This document shows, piece after piece, positions 37,727 through 47,388 of a stretch of 64,000 bases of DNA (position 1 is its first letter; the number at the start of each line of letters is the position of its first letter). The DNA is taken from sequence record PP712906.1. One strand, 5' to 3'. Both the position numbers and the translations under genes were made by a program. The notes below the pieces were generated by a model. It was not told the DNA's origin. It saw nothing but the letters and a program-made list of their open reading frames with translations, and made no database searches.

Positions 37727-37799
37727 TACAAAAATCGGCGTTCCTGCGGAGCTGAGTGTCTGGCGACACTGTATCAGCTCCTTGGGTATTGAGGTACTT

Positions 37800-38117
37800 A
37801 TGGTATTCACTGAAGAGCAGCTTGTTCAAATCGAGCACAACTACTCGCATATTGATACTGTCAATCTTGCAGATAGAAAGGGCGTGCCACAAGCGAAGTA
37901 TGTCATAGAGATACGACAAGGCACGTATACTAAATTCAAAACATCTTGGTTAAGTCAAGATTCATGCGAAGAACGAGATATTGACCCAGAGCTAGTCGGC
38001 TACTGGATTCTATCTCACGAAATCGACCCTTATTGGTACTCAGTTCAAGAATGTTTGAAAGAGTATGAGTGGGAACGAGCACACGAAGTAACAGTCACAA
38101 CATGGGAAGCAATTTAA
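37800..38117 (+). CDS. hypothetical protein
   Basis: GAGGT RBS before the ATG at 37800. Confidence 0.7.
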   Translation: MVFTEEQLVQIEHNYSHIDTVNLADRKGVPQAKYVIEIRQGTYTKFKTSWLSQDSCEERDIDPELVGYWILSHEIDPYWYSVQECLKEYEWERAHEVTVTTWEAI

Positions 38118-38491
38118 TGAGCACAAATTCAAGCATTAGTATTACACAAGAAAACGGTCACGTTCGTTCAATCTACTGTCACTGGGATGGTGGTATGTGG
38201 ACGGGTGGCGTAGCTGAAACCCTGATCGAGAACTATCGCACCGAAGCTGAAGTCAATGCACTGATCGATCAAGGTGGATGTAGCTCACTTGGCGGTACAA
38301 TCGAAGATAGCGTTTTCTACGCACGTGACCGCGGTGAAGAACTCGAAATCTACATCGACAACATCCCAGAGCAAGAATACAACTACATGTTCCGCGACGG
38401 AAAGTGGTTTGTATGTTGCCCTGAAACGAATTGGGAAGATGTCGTTCTAACAAATGAACTTCGTGTTGAACTTGAAAACTGTGAAGAGTAG
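38117..38491 (+). CDS. conserved phage hypothetical protein
   Basis: MST.S.I...SIYCHWDG...EYNYMF motif. Confidence 0.75.
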   Translation: MSTNSSISITQENGHVRSIYCHWDGGMWTGGVAETLIENYRTEAEVNALIDQGGCSSLGGTIEDSVFYARDRGEELEIYIDNIPEQEYNYMFRDGKWFVCCPETNWEDVVLTNELRVELENCEE

Positions 38492-38493
38492 TC

Positions 38494-38856
38494 ATGCCAG
38501 AATATAAACCCGCAGAAACAATCAAAGACCCTTCAGGTCGAGAATATCAGATCGGCGCGTATTATAAAGTGCGCTGCACTGACAATGGGCCGTTCGGTTA
38601 TGGTGAAACTAAAATCGTCCCAATGACTGAAAATTTTGATTTTGCATATCACACAGTCGAAGAAGTTCACGGTGTTTTTGGTACAATTCGCAAGCCACCA
38701 CCGAAACTAATCGAAGGTAGAGCATATATGTTCTACATGTGCGATTCTAACGAGCGTAGCGTGGGTATATGGGGCGGAATAGACAAAGGCTTTATATGCG
38801 GTCCCGTTAATCTTAAAATGTCTCAAATCGACGCACAGACGCTCTCAGAGGTATAG
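38494..38856 (+). CDS. hypothetical protein
   Basis: ORF in operon. Confidence 0.7.
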   Translation: MPEYKPAETIKDPSGREYQIGAYYKVRCTDNGPFGYGETKIVPMTENFDFAYHTVEEVHGVFGTIRKPPPKLIEGRAYMFYMCDSNERSVGIWGGIDKGFICGPVNLKMSQIDAQTLSEV

Positions 38857-39026
38857 ATGAAATGTGAAATCTGTGGACACCCCGACGGGTACAGTGACGG
38901 TGTTGGTATGATTCTGTGCAATGACTGCTACAGTGCAGCAAGAAAGCCATTAATCGGTTACACTGAAGACAATCAGCCAGTTATTGTGCCACCGTCACTT
39001 GTAGACAAAATCAAAAAACTTTTCGA

Positions 39027-39097
39027 AAAGGGTTGACTACGGTCAGCCCTTTCTTGTATTATTCTCATATCGAAACGAAACACGAAAAGAGAACATT
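39027..39097 (+). promoter_or_regulatory. terminator/early-promoter cassette
   Basis: 57 of 58 nt identical to the copy at 4107 (loop TACG versus TTCG). Confidence 0.88.
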
Positions 39098-39388
39098 ATG
39101 ATTACACTATCTACTAACAAAGAACAACTAGCTATCTTCTGCGTACTTGATTCAGCACTTAGTGCTCCAATCATGAACTTCGTTGAAACGAAGACAGTTC
39201 TAGACATGACTGTGTATCATCTTGTATTATCTCGCGAAGATGTTCTTGCACTAGCAAAAGCAGTTGAAGCAAGTGACTTTGATCACGAAGATGAGTTCGG
39301 TCTTATCTTTAACGAAACAATGTCAGAACTGCTTTTTGAAATCTACGAAGAAAACGACACAGAATCTGTTCACGGTATCGCACTATAA
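39098..39388 (+). CDS. hypothetical early protein
   Basis: ORF behind the cassette. Confidence 0.75.
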   Translation: MITLSTNKEQLAIFCVLDSALSAPIMNFVETKTVLDMTVYHLVLSREDVLALAKAVEASDFDHEDEFGLIFNETMSELLFEIYEENDTESVHGIAL

Positions 39389-39398
39389 GGAGCGCATT

Positions 39399-39851
39399 AT
39401 GATTTACCCATTATCACCTGTACTTTGGTCTTTTCAAGATGTTGAACGCGAAACAGGTCTTCGCATTTGGGAAGAAATGATCTCTAACGTCGAAGGTACT
39501 GGCATTCGTCTGTTTGCTGCGAAGTACAATCAATTTGTATTCGACGCTGTTCACCCTAAAGTACCGCTGTGCGATCACTTTAACGTACTGCCGCCTCTTG
39601 ATGCAACAATCAACTTTCATAGCAATAGCTATACGATTGTTATCATCACTGAAGATTCATTCGATGTGCTCTTCTCAGAGCGTGCAAGCGAACGCACAAT
39701 CGCAGACGTTGAACGTATCATTAATGATGCCGCAGAGAGTTGGAACGAACATCGTCTTTGTACTCACGAGCAGCGTTATACAATCGAGTGGTGCAGTGCT
39801 ATTCAAGACTACATCATTAATACAGTCACGTTTGATCGCAAGTGGAGCTAA
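39399..39851 (+). CDS. hypothetical protein
   Basis: AAGGAG RBS before the ATG at 39399. Confidence 0.75.
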   Translation: MIYPLSPVLWSFQDVERETGLRIWEEMISNVEGTGIRLFAAKYNQFVFDAVHPKVPLCDHFNVLPPLDATINFHSNSYTIVIITEDSFDVLFSERASERTIADVERIINDAAESWNEHRLCTHEQRYTIEWCSAIQDYIINTVTFDRKWS

Positions 39852-39853
39852 TC

Positions 39854-40120
39854 ATGGAATACATGTCTTTCATTGCGTTTATTGGTTTTGTTGCATATGC
39901 AATATACATTCTAGTAAGAAAAGAACCTTGCAAGCACGACTGGATTACTATCAAAGACGAGACGACAAAATCTCGCGGTGAAATATACGGCGAAATGACT
40001 GGCAAAGTTCCGTCACCTCGTAACTCGTATCACATGGAAGAGCTTACAAAGCGCAAACGTATCATCATTTTAAGCTGCTGCAAGTGCGGTAAGCTAGACA
40101 AAACAGTGGAGCATATCTAA
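39854..40120 (+). CDS. membrane-anchored protein with CxH/CCxCG motif
   Basis: N-terminal TM; PCKHDW...CCKCGK. Confidence 0.7.
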   Translation: MEYMSFIAFIGFVAYAIYILVRKEPCKHDWITIKDETTKSRGEIYGEMTGKVPSPRNSYHMEELTKRKRIIILSCCKCGKLDKTVEHI

Positions 40121-40398
40121 TGCAGTACACACTTGATTTACTCAATGAAAAGCTTGAATCTCTCAAGTCAGAACAATTTGGTTGGGTTGTTGCATTACCT
40201 AAAAAACAAGGTGATGACATTGCAACTGTTCAGAAAATCATTACTGACATTGCAGTTCAGATTACATCAATCGAGCACGATATTAAACTAATCGAAGCAG
40301 CACGCGGTCTAAATGCAAGAGTAGTTAAGCAAATCGTTGATGAGCATTACCGCGAACATTACAAACTTGACGAAAACGACAACTTCATCGGAGATTAA
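40120..40398 (+). CDS. hypothetical protein
   Basis: TAATG-coupled. Confidence 0.7.
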   Translation: MQYTLDLLNEKLESLKSEQFGWVVALPKKQGDDIATVQKIITDIAVQITSIEHDIKLIEAARGLNARVVKQIVDEHYREHYKLDENDNFIGD

Positions 40399-40399
40399 C

Positions 40400-41224
40400 A
40401 TGGAAATTGAAATCGAGCGCAAATGGCTAGTTACTGCTGAACAGTATCGTGAATTCGTAAACTGGATGCATTATCGCGATAACGGCGCCACTTCAATGAA
40501 CATCTTTCAGCGTTATTTCAAGAAAGATGAGATCTCATTCGTCGATGGCTCGTTTTACATCAACAGTCGAGTGAAAGAAGGTCGCGGTTATTTGATTAAA
40601 GCACCGAAAGACTGTCCTGATCTAACTGGCGTGAATCTACGCAAGCTAGGTGCGCGTATGCGACTAACCACGTCTGAGATCTTCTTTGACAAGCTTGAAT
40701 TCACAATCAAGATCCCACACGGCGACGGCATTGCCAAGCGTGAAATCAACATCCCGCTTGAGTCTGGTTATGCAGACTTGATCACAGATTCGATTGCGAA
40801 AGATGACAAGCTAAATCGCAATACAACCGAAGTCGTCCCGACGGGATTGATTAAAAAGGTTCGTTGGTCAGGTGAAGTTGACGACGTACATTACGATGCT
40901 GACCGTTTCACGAATCGACCTTTTTACATCATCGAAGCTGAATTCAAAGATGAAGCTGAAGCTGAAGCATTCGTTACACCGTTTGAGTTCATTCGCGAGG
41001 TGACGGAAGACAAGCGATTCAGCAACAAGCGAATGGCATGGAATCACGATGCCGCAGACGGGTTGGCTAGTAATATTCGTCTTTATGTCGAGAAGCTTGA
41101 GAAAGAAGCGAATGCATTGCGAAGTGATACGCTAGTATCAATGCGCGAAAGCGTAACGAACGAAATCATGGCAGAACGTTACGAGAAAATTGCTCGTGAT
41201 CTAAAACACATTGTAGGTGCGTAA
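40400..41224 (+). CDS. CYTH (triphosphate tunnel metalloenzyme) domain protein
   Basis: N-terminal EIERKWLV, ARMR, FTIK, K.R, IIEAEF, EVTEDKRFSN. Confidence 0.82.
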   Translation: MEIEIERKWLVTAEQYREFVNWMHYRDNGATSMNIFQRYFKKDEISFVDGSFYINSRVKEGRGYLIKAPKDCPDLTGVNLRKLGARMRLTTSEIFFDKLEFTIKIPHGDGIAKREINIPLESGYADLITDSIAKDDKLNRNTTEVVPTGLIKKVRWSGEVDDVHYDADRFTNRPFYIIEAEFKDEAEAEAFVTPFEFIREVTEDKRFSNKRMAWNHDAADGLASNIRLYVEKLEKEANALRSDTLVSMRESVTNEIMAERYEKIARDLKHIVGA

Positions 41225-41706
41225 TGAAAGTATATGCAATTCACATTAACAACTTAACAACTGGTATGATGTGCGGGTCACCACTCGCACAAGGTTGTTT
41301 CAATCTAATCGTTGACCGTCTACCGAGAGAAGCAGTGTATGAACGTCACGGTCGCTTTCTGATTAGCAACACAGACGGCGTTTGGCGTCACTTTACAATC
41401 GGCGAACAAGGCGGATTTGCAGGTCGTACGTTCAAACTACGCATGAAGGGTGGTACTGTATTCAAGAACAAAGGTTATCATTATGAAGAATTCAAAGGTA
41501 ATCTGTGGGATACTGCTGCTGGATTGCAAAAGTGTATGGAACTTGCTGGCGGTCCCTTGATGAGCGTTTCATTGCGTAGTTGTCGAGACAATGGCTGTTT
41601 CATTGGTGGATATTACTTCAGTCAAGAAGAAGTTCTTTTGAAGTTCAGTCACTTGATTCGTTTTGCACCTTCGACTCAAAACAGCGCGATTACATTCGGT
41701 GAGTAA
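41224..41706 (+). CDS. hypothetical protein
   Basis: TAATG-coupled. Confidence 0.75.
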   Translation: MKVYAIHINNLTTGMMCGSPLAQGCFNLIVDRLPREAVYERHGRFLISNTDGVWRHFTIGEQGGFAGRTFKLRMKGGTVFKNKGYHYEEFKGNLWDTAAGLQKCMELAGGPLMSVSLRSCRDNGCFIGGYYFSQEEVLLKFSHLIRFAPSTQNSAITFGE

Positions 41707-41708
41707 AA

Positions 41709-42341
41709 ATGAAGATCAATAAATTTCAAGTAGACGGCAAGCCATTCTTGATGATTGATGACTTTCTACCTAGTGAAGTTGTTGATGAAATCGAGGACAC
41801 GTTAAAATCAATCAACGATTGGGATCACGCCGACAACATCTTTGACTTCAATACGATTGTCAAAGACAAAACCGCGATACTGCAAGGTGACCAATATCGC
41901 TTGCGAACTGGTGTGTTAGCTGAACTTGCCGAATCGACGCTCGACCGAATTCTTGAAATACTCGAAACTGAATTCGGATGCAAGTACGATAAAGACGTTC
42001 TTCGTAAAATCAACGAATGGGAATATGCGTTTCGTTTCAATACATCGTATTATGAAAAAGTAAACGATGAAATGCTGTTTCATTATGACAGCAAAGGCGT
42101 AACATTCATGTATATGCCATGCGACCAGCATGACGACGGTACGTATTTCTTCGCTGACGGTGATCGTGACAAGCACGTATACACTCTGAAGCATAAGCGC
42201 GGGTCAGTTGCGATATTCAATGCAAGTGATATTATGCATTGCAGCGCGAAGCCGTCACCGCTTGATGACTACCGATACACTATGGTATGGCAGTTTGTAT
42301 TCCCGTCTCATCTTAAACCAATTAGAGAAGTAATCGCATGA
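41709..42341 (+). CDS. 2OG-Fe(II) oxygenase
   Basis: HYD (HxD), DGTYF, distal H in IMHCS, R in YRYTMVWQF. Confidence 0.85.
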   Translation: MKINKFQVDGKPFLMIDDFLPSEVVDEIEDTLKSINDWDHADNIFDFNTIVKDKTAILQGDQYRLRTGVLAELAESTLDRILEILETEFGCKYDKDVLRKINEWEYAFRFNTSYYEKVNDEMLFHYDSKGVTFMYMPCDQHDDGTYFFADGDRDKHVYTLKHKRGSVAIFNASDIMHCSAKPSPLDDYRYTMVWQFVFPSHLKPIREVIA

Positions 42342-42952
42342 AATACGAAAAACTTCAAATCGACGGGTGCGCGTTTGTATTGATTGAAGATCTATTGCCA
42401 GAAGATTTGGTTGAAAAACTTGATAAAGCAATGAAGAAAGAACTTGCATGGCAACACGACGACAACATTTTTAAGTTTTGCCATTACGTTAAAGATCGTT
42501 CAGCAACTCTTCAAGGTGATATGTTTGAACTTGCCGATGATCCAGAGTTGACTGAACTTTCAGAACAGCTACTACAACACGTTTTGGATTTCATCAAAGC
42601 TGAGTTCAATCACGAGTTCACGATTGAAGAACTAAAGCCGATATTTTCTCGCGAACGAATTCACCGATACAAACCGCATTACTACGACAATGCAAAAGGT
42701 AACTTGCTGTATCATAAAGATGCGTGGATGACTATTTTCTACATGCCAGATGCGTATGCAGATGAAGGCACTCATTTTTATGCAAATGAAGACCCAGAAC
42801 AGCTTGTTTACACGCTGAAGCACAAACGTGGTATGATTGCGTTATTCAACGGTGACATTCTACACGCACCAGCTAAGATGTCAGAAACAGACACAAATAG
42901 AATTGTGTTGACTATGCAATATCATACTCATATTCAAGACATAATCTCATAG
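42338..42952 (+). CDS. 2OG-Fe(II) oxygenase (paralog)
   Basis: HKD, EGTHF, ILHAP, NRIVLTMQY. Confidence 0.85.
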   Translation: MKYEKLQIDGCAFVLIEDLLPEDLVEKLDKAMKKELAWQHDDNIFKFCHYVKDRSATLQGDMFELADDPELTELSEQLLQHVLDFIKAEFNHEFTIEELKPIFSRERIHRYKPHYYDNAKGNLLYHKDAWMTIFYMPDAYADEGTHFYANEDPEQLVYTLKHKRGMIALFNGDILHAPAKMSETDTNRIVLTMQYHTHIQDIIS

Positions 42953-42959
42953 GTGAAAC

Positions 42960-43487
42960 ATGGACAGTCACAGAGCAGAAATCATCCGTTTGAAACGACG
43001 TGTGTCTAAGCTAGAAGAATTGGTGAAAACTCTCATGAATCGTGACGTTACACCCCGTAACGTTTTCGATGAAGAAGACGAGCACATTTCATTACATCCC
43101 GTTGATGACACATTCGATATGTTTCGAATCAAGCGTGAGCTATTGCAAGCAATGTCTCAACAATCTGTGCGTTATCTCGACATTACGTTCGAGAATTATC
43201 CTGACGTAGCACGACACAAAGTGTATCAGAATCATCTAATGCAAGATGTCGGTATGTCAGATGCCGACCGCAAGAAACTTGCAAAGACTCGTTACATGAT
43301 TGCCGATGAAATGTCAGTGGGTGATGAGTTCGAATGTCCTGGATGTGGTGAGAAAGTCATTAAGAAATCTTACCAGCATCGTTTCTGTGGTGTGAAGAAA
43401 CAAGGTCAGAGCAATTGCAAAGATTTTATAAACAATTGGTTTAACCCAAAGCGTTTAGAACGCACACTTGAATGGCTTGAAAAATGA
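42960..43487 (+). CDS. hypothetical protein with C-terminal Zn finger
   Basis: CPGCG..KKSYQHRFC......C. Confidence 0.75.
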   Translation: MDSHRAEIIRLKRRVSKLEELVKTLMNRDVTPRNVFDEEDEHISLHPVDDTFDMFRIKRELLQAMSQQSVRYLDITFENYPDVARHKVYQNHLMQDVGMSDADRKKLAKTRYMIADEMSVGDEFECPGCGEKVIKKSYQHRFCGVKKQGQSNCKDFINNWFNPKRLERTLEWLEK

Positions 43488-43732
43488 AGACAAGAATAGT
43501 AAGATTCGAAGACGGTACGGGAAAATCACTGTATCGCATACAGTTCAAGAATTGGTATTGGCCATTCTGGACATTTTACAAACGAATGAATGATGCAGGA
43601 AGTGAAGGCATTGTTGAGTGCGAGACTATTGAAGATGCAATTAAATGTCTTCAATGCGACGCTCAACGAGAACTTCACCGTCATCGTGAGTTCAAAGAAG
43701 TTGTGGGAAGTTATGATGATCAAATCTGTTAA
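43484..43732 (+). CDS. hypothetical protein
   Basis: ATGA-coupled. Confidence 0.7.
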   Translation: MKTRIVRFEDGTGKSLYRIQFKNWYWPFWTFYKRMNDAGSEGIVECETIEDAIKCLQCDAQRELHRHREFKEVVGSYDDQIC

Positions 43733-44066
43733 AGCTTTATTCAGCAAACGCAAATGGAATGTTGTAGGTCGTTCTGAAAATCTCGATTTATGGACAGTGA
43801 CTACTCGCAGACCACAAGTGAAATGTCGATTACTATTGAAAGAAGATCAGCACGGGAATCGTGATTATGAACTTGACATGCTCGACGACTCTCCTGTTAA
43901 TTACAATAGTTCAATTCGCTATTGCATGATTGACCAAATCATCCCGCGTGAATACATTCACAAGTTCTTGAAAGGTTGGTCAGTAGACAAAATCAACCGC
44001 ATTTACGGGAAGACTGTCTTTACCATTGAGAAAACGCCATACGAGTCTTTCAAAGACTGGCGTTAA
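43713..44066 (+). CDS. hypothetical protein
   Basis: Probable start MMIKSV. Confidence 0.65.
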   Translation: MMIKSVKALFSKRKWNVVGRSENLDLWTVTTRRPQVKCRLLLKEDQHGNRDYELDMLDDSPVNYNSSIRYCMIDQIIPREYIHKFLKGWSVDKINRIYGKTVFTIEKTPYESFKDWR

Positions 44067-44068
44067 TA

Positions 44069-44093
44069 AAAGCCCCTTAATTGGGGCTTTTTT
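44069..44093 (+). terminator. intrinsic terminator (repeated sequence)
   Basis: AAAGCCCCTTAATTGGGGCTTTTTT. Confidence 0.88.
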
Positions 44094-44122
44094 AGGTTTG
44101 ATGAAAATAATTGAAAAAGTTA

Positions 44123-44186
44123 TTGACGAGTGTTTAGAATTTGCCTAATATGTGTCTATCGAAACGAAACAACGAAAGAGAAAATT
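44123..44186 (+). promoter_or_regulatory. early promoter with ATCGAAACGA leader
   Basis: TTGACG - 17 - TAATAT. Confidence 0.8.
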
Positions 44187-44516
44187 ATGACTACAATCAC
44201 ATTTACGAGCGACACTCACTTCGGTCACGCTTCTGTATCATCAAATGATTTAGTGACTAAGCTGTTCAAAGAGATTCTTCGCAAGAACAACATTAGTTAT
44301 CGCAAATTGTACCGCGAGAAACGCACGTCAGCGCATCGTAGCAACATTGACGGTAAGAGCGTACGATTCGTCGGAGTTCGTCATACAATCGCTGAGAAGA
44401 CGATAGAGAAGGTTCTACGCGAGTTTAACGCTATCATGCCAGATACTTACGTGGCTGAGTACAACAAGCCATGGTCTCGTTATGCATGTGCATCATTTCA
44501 AATTTTTAAGAAGTAG
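44187..44516 (+). CDS. hypothetical early protein
   Basis: Start reassigned to MTTITF. Confidence 0.7.
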   Translation: MTTITFTSDTHFGHASVSSNDLVTKLFKEILRKNNISYRKLYREKRTSAHRSNIDGKSVRFVGVRHTIAEKTIEKVLREFNAIMPDTYVAEYNKPWSRYACASFQIFKK

Positions 44517-44519
44517 ATT

Positions 44520-44867
44520 ATGATTAAAAAAGACGTTAGTCGCCTCACGGTAGGCGACATCAATTACGACACCGATTGGACGAGTACTATCATCTTAGAT
44601 GAAGGCGTCTACAAACTTTCAGGTGTTCAAAAAGACGGTGAGAAACTGCCTGACTTTGAGCACGAAGAACTTGAGCACGTGATCGCGGTTGTTAATCAAT
44701 CAATCGCTGATAGAACAAGCGGATCATTCATGCGACAGTTCAATCGCCACATTGTCATTGAATCGACAAACAGCTTGCTGCATGTTCGCTTAGGTTACGG
44801 TTCGTATGATAGTAAATCACCAATGCATTACTTGCACGAGATTAAAATCGAGGTTAAAAATGACTAA
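44520..44867 (+). CDS. hypothetical protein
   Basis: ORF in operon. Confidence 0.7.
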   Translation: MIKKDVSRLTVGDINYDTDWTSTIILDEGVYKLSGVQKDGEKLPDFEHEELEHVIAVVNQSIADRTSGSFMRQFNRHIVIESTNSLLHVRLGYGSYDSKSPMHYLHEIKIEVKND

Positions 44868-45294
44868 AGGTTGGTCAGATTACGAGCTTGAAGGTCGCTC
44901 AAAACAAGAACCTGTTCGACACAAGATGCAAGATTCAGTCGATGAAATGTGTCGTATTATGCGAGACGAGCATGATCGTTTCAGCGTCTCAACTCACACG
45001 GTTGATTTCGACAATGGGATTGAGTTATGGCGCACCGATATGACTTGCATTTGGACTGGTAGAACTACTCAAAAGGTATTCACATGGGAACAAGCAAAAC
45101 AGCTACGTGATGCATATGACGACGGTATGCAGACTAAGAAGACTAAAGCACAAGAAGAAATCGAACGCAAATTCTTGCGCAAAAAACAACGTCCTCAAGA
45201 GCCAGTAGCTGAGAAAAACAGTGATCGTGGCATTGGCGTTGAAATGGTTGGTATTAAGAAGTCAGATAAACGCTGGTGGGAGTTTTGGAAATGA
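44860..45294 (+). CDS. hypothetical protein
   Basis: GAGG RBS; ends in KRWWEFWK. Confidence 0.7.
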   Translation: MTKGWSDYELEGRSKQEPVRHKMQDSVDEMCRIMRDEHDRFSVSTHTVDFDNGIELWRTDMTCIWTGRTTQKVFTWEQAKQLRDAYDDGMQTKKTKAQEEIERKFLRKKQRPQEPVAEKNSDRGIGVEMVGIKKSDKRWWEFWK

Positions 45295-45755
45295 AATCAC
45301 AAGAAGAATTTGCACGTCATGCAATGCGCGTAAGAGCAGTAGTTGGCTTGTTTGATACAGACATTAGCTTCCAAGAAGCATTAAACGATGATTTGTCTCA
45401 TCGTGGTCAGCGTGTCATGTCAGCGTTACCAGACAACATTCAGTTCATGTGGCAGAAACGCGACGAAATGAACGAAAAGATTTTAGCTGAAATCAGTTGC
45501 ATCGAAAAGCGCATTGACAAAACGCTATGCGAAATCAACGATCCGTTACATGCAATCGGAAAATACGTAGCGAAGAAATCAGGCAAGCCTTTTAAAGGCG
45601 GCGAAGATATTGTCAAAGTAACGGGTATTACAAGACACCCTCACGTCGATGGGTATGCGTTTACTTACAACTACTCAGAAGAAGACGGTAAATTGGCACA
45701 ATCATACATTCACACGGCTATGGTAATTATCAACTATTCTAGTTTGAAATTATGA
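45291..45755 (+). CDS. hypothetical protein
   Basis: ATGA-coupled. Confidence 0.7.
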   Translation: MKSQEEFARHAMRVRAVVGLFDTDISFQEALNDDLSHRGQRVMSALPDNIQFMWQKRDEMNEKILAEISCIEKRIDKTLCEINDPLHAIGKYVAKKSGKPFKGGEDIVKVTGITRHPHVDGYAFTYNYSEEDGKLAQSYIHTAMVIINYSSLKL

Positions 45756-46222
45756 TCATTTATGAAAACGGGATCCCCGTCAAGACTCACGAACATCAAC
45801 CAGAGAGTAAAACAATGTTAGAAAAAGTAAACGAATTTGTAAAAGCAAAGCCACTTGTATCACTTGCACTTGCCGTTGCAATCGGTGTAATTGGTACTAA
45901 AGTGATTCAATCTGACCCACTTGCTGAAAAACCGCTATTGAAATACCGTGTCGTGTACGAATACAACAAAGATTACGGTCGTGATTGTGGTGATTTAGGC
46001 GACGGTTACTACTGGTACACGCAAGAACTCAACGAAGGCACCATCTTCGATAACTGGAAGCCAAGTGGTTGGTGTGCAGAAACTGAATCGGGTGCGCGTG
46101 AGTTGGCAGAAAGCGCGATTAAAAAGCGCATCGAGACTGAAAACTCGAAAGCGCGTGTATATCAAGCATGGGCAACTAAGGAAGACTCGGTACGTTTCGA
46201 GCCTCTAAAGGTGACTGAATGA
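45752..46222 (+). CDS. membrane-anchored hypothetical protein
   Basis: One TM segment; ATGA-coupled. Confidence 0.7.
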   Translation: MIIYENGIPVKTHEHQPESKTMLEKVNEFVKAKPLVSLALAVAIGVIGTKVIQSDPLAEKPLLKYRVVYEYNKDYGRDCGDLGDGYYWYTQELNEGTIFDNWKPSGWCAETESGARELAESAIKKRIETENSKARVYQAWATKEDSVRFEPLKVTE

Positions 46223-46548
46223 TCTCACTAGGTACATTGATTGCACTGTTCGCAGTGCATTTCATTGCAGATTTCTTCGTACAAACTGAACATCAAGCAA
46301 TGAACAAGAGCAAAGACATCTGGCCATTAGCTAGACACTGCCTAACATACGCACTGTGCTTCTTGCCATTTGGTATCCTGTTCGCAATCGTAACTGGTAT
46401 ACTGCACATGGTTGTCGATTACATGACTTCAAGGATGACAAGCTCACTTTGGGCGAAAGGTGAAACTCGTAAGTTCTTCCAAGCCATCGGGTTCGATCAG
46501 TTCTTACATGCAGTTAGTTTAGTAACGATGTACGTAATTTTGAATTAA
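46219..46548 (+). CDS. DUF3307-like membrane protein
   Basis: HFIADFFVQT, HCLTY, HMVVDY, FDQFLH. Confidence 0.8.
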   Translation: MISLGTLIALFAVHFIADFFVQTEHQAMNKSKDIWPLARHCLTYALCFLPFGILFAIVTGILHMVVDYMTSRMTSSLWAKGETRKFFQAIGFDQFLHAVSLVTMYVILN

Positions 46549-46556
46549 TTAAAGAA

Positions 46557-46630
46557 AAGTGGTTGCTCTATGCAGCCACTTTCTGTATTATAGCTACATC
46601 AAGTGACGAGTTAAACAAAAAGAGAACATT
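46557..46630 (+). promoter_or_regulatory. terminator/early-promoter cassette
   Basis: AAAGTGGTTGC-TCTAT-GCAGCCACTTT; TATTAT at 46586. Confidence 0.8.
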
Positions 46631-46879
46631 ATGAAAATCAATCTTCGCAAACTTCTAATGTGGTGGGACGAAAACGAACAAGTTGCTGGCGAGTTCACGA
46701 ACTTCGTGCTTGAGTATGCAATGAAAGCTGGTAGTGACAACTTCATTTCAGATTATGCAACTTATCTTCGTGATTCTGGCAAGTACACTGTGCCAAATCT
46801 AGCTGACTTAGAATCTCTTCTTCGTCATGCGGGATTGAAATCCGAGTTTGATGGCCGTCACACTCGAATCGTTCTATAA
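46631..46879 (+). CDS. hypothetical early protein
   Basis: ORF behind the cassette. Confidence 0.75.
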   Translation: MKINLRKLLMWWDENEQVAGEFTNFVLEYAMKAGSDNFISDYATYLRDSGKYTVPNLADLESLLRHAGLKSEFDGRHTRIVL

Positions 46880-46888
46880 GAGGTCAAT

Positions 46889-47308
46889 ATGTTAAAGAAA
46901 ATATGGCAAGCATTATTTCCAGACCCTGAATGGAAAGTAGCCGCATACACAGCTCAGAAGTCGTTCGATGTATCTAGCTCTTGGTGTAATAAAGGGGTTA
47001 TTAAGTGTCGTGCAGTTATTCTAGTAGACAAGCATGACCGCCGACAAGTTAGAGTAGTATTCGATGAGTACGATTATGGTCGAGAAATATCAGCGTACAA
47101 TGAGAACTTAATTCGAAAAATCTTATCGAGTAATAGTCTGGCATTGATTCGAGGCTCGATGAGTACTAGAAAGTTGAATAGCTATGATGGATTTGATCTG
47201 TGCGAACACCACGAAGCATTCTACGATTGGGAAACATTCAAGAATAACTTCATTTATGGTGAAGTTGATTTATGCGGGAACTTAATTGAGAAAAGCGAAG
47301 CGGAATAG
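46889..47308 (+). CDS. hypothetical protein
   Basis: GAGGT RBS. Confidence 0.75.
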   Translation: MLKKIWQALFPDPEWKVAAYTAQKSFDVSSSWCNKGVIKCRAVILVDKHDRRQVRVVFDEYDYGREISAYNENLIRKILSSNSLALIRGSMSTRKLNSYDGFDLCEHHEAFYDWETFKNNFIYGEVDLCGNLIEKSEAE

Positions 47309-47338
47309 CCAACTGAGGCGGAAAAATTCCGCATCATC

Positions 47339-47388
47339 TTAGTAGAATTAGTAGTTTTAGTGAAGTTAGTAATATTAGGAGTATTAGA
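47339..47388 (+). repeat. six TTAG at exact 9-nt spacing in a gene leader
   Basis: TTAG at 47339, 47348, 47357, 47366, 47375 and 47384. Confidence 0.85.

Noticed and set aside
18682-44186. Long N-terminal extensions in the ORF track (18682, 19450, 30226, 35649, 44130, also 949 and 48881)
   Set aside because: The extensions run through promoter cassettes or upstream genes. Internal ATGs with clear RBS are the likely starts.
44187-44516. Metallophosphoesterase from the FTSDTHFGH motif
   Set aside because: The motif is present, but the ORF is only about 109 aa and lacks the later GD, GNHD and GH.H motifs. At most it is a remnant or chimera.
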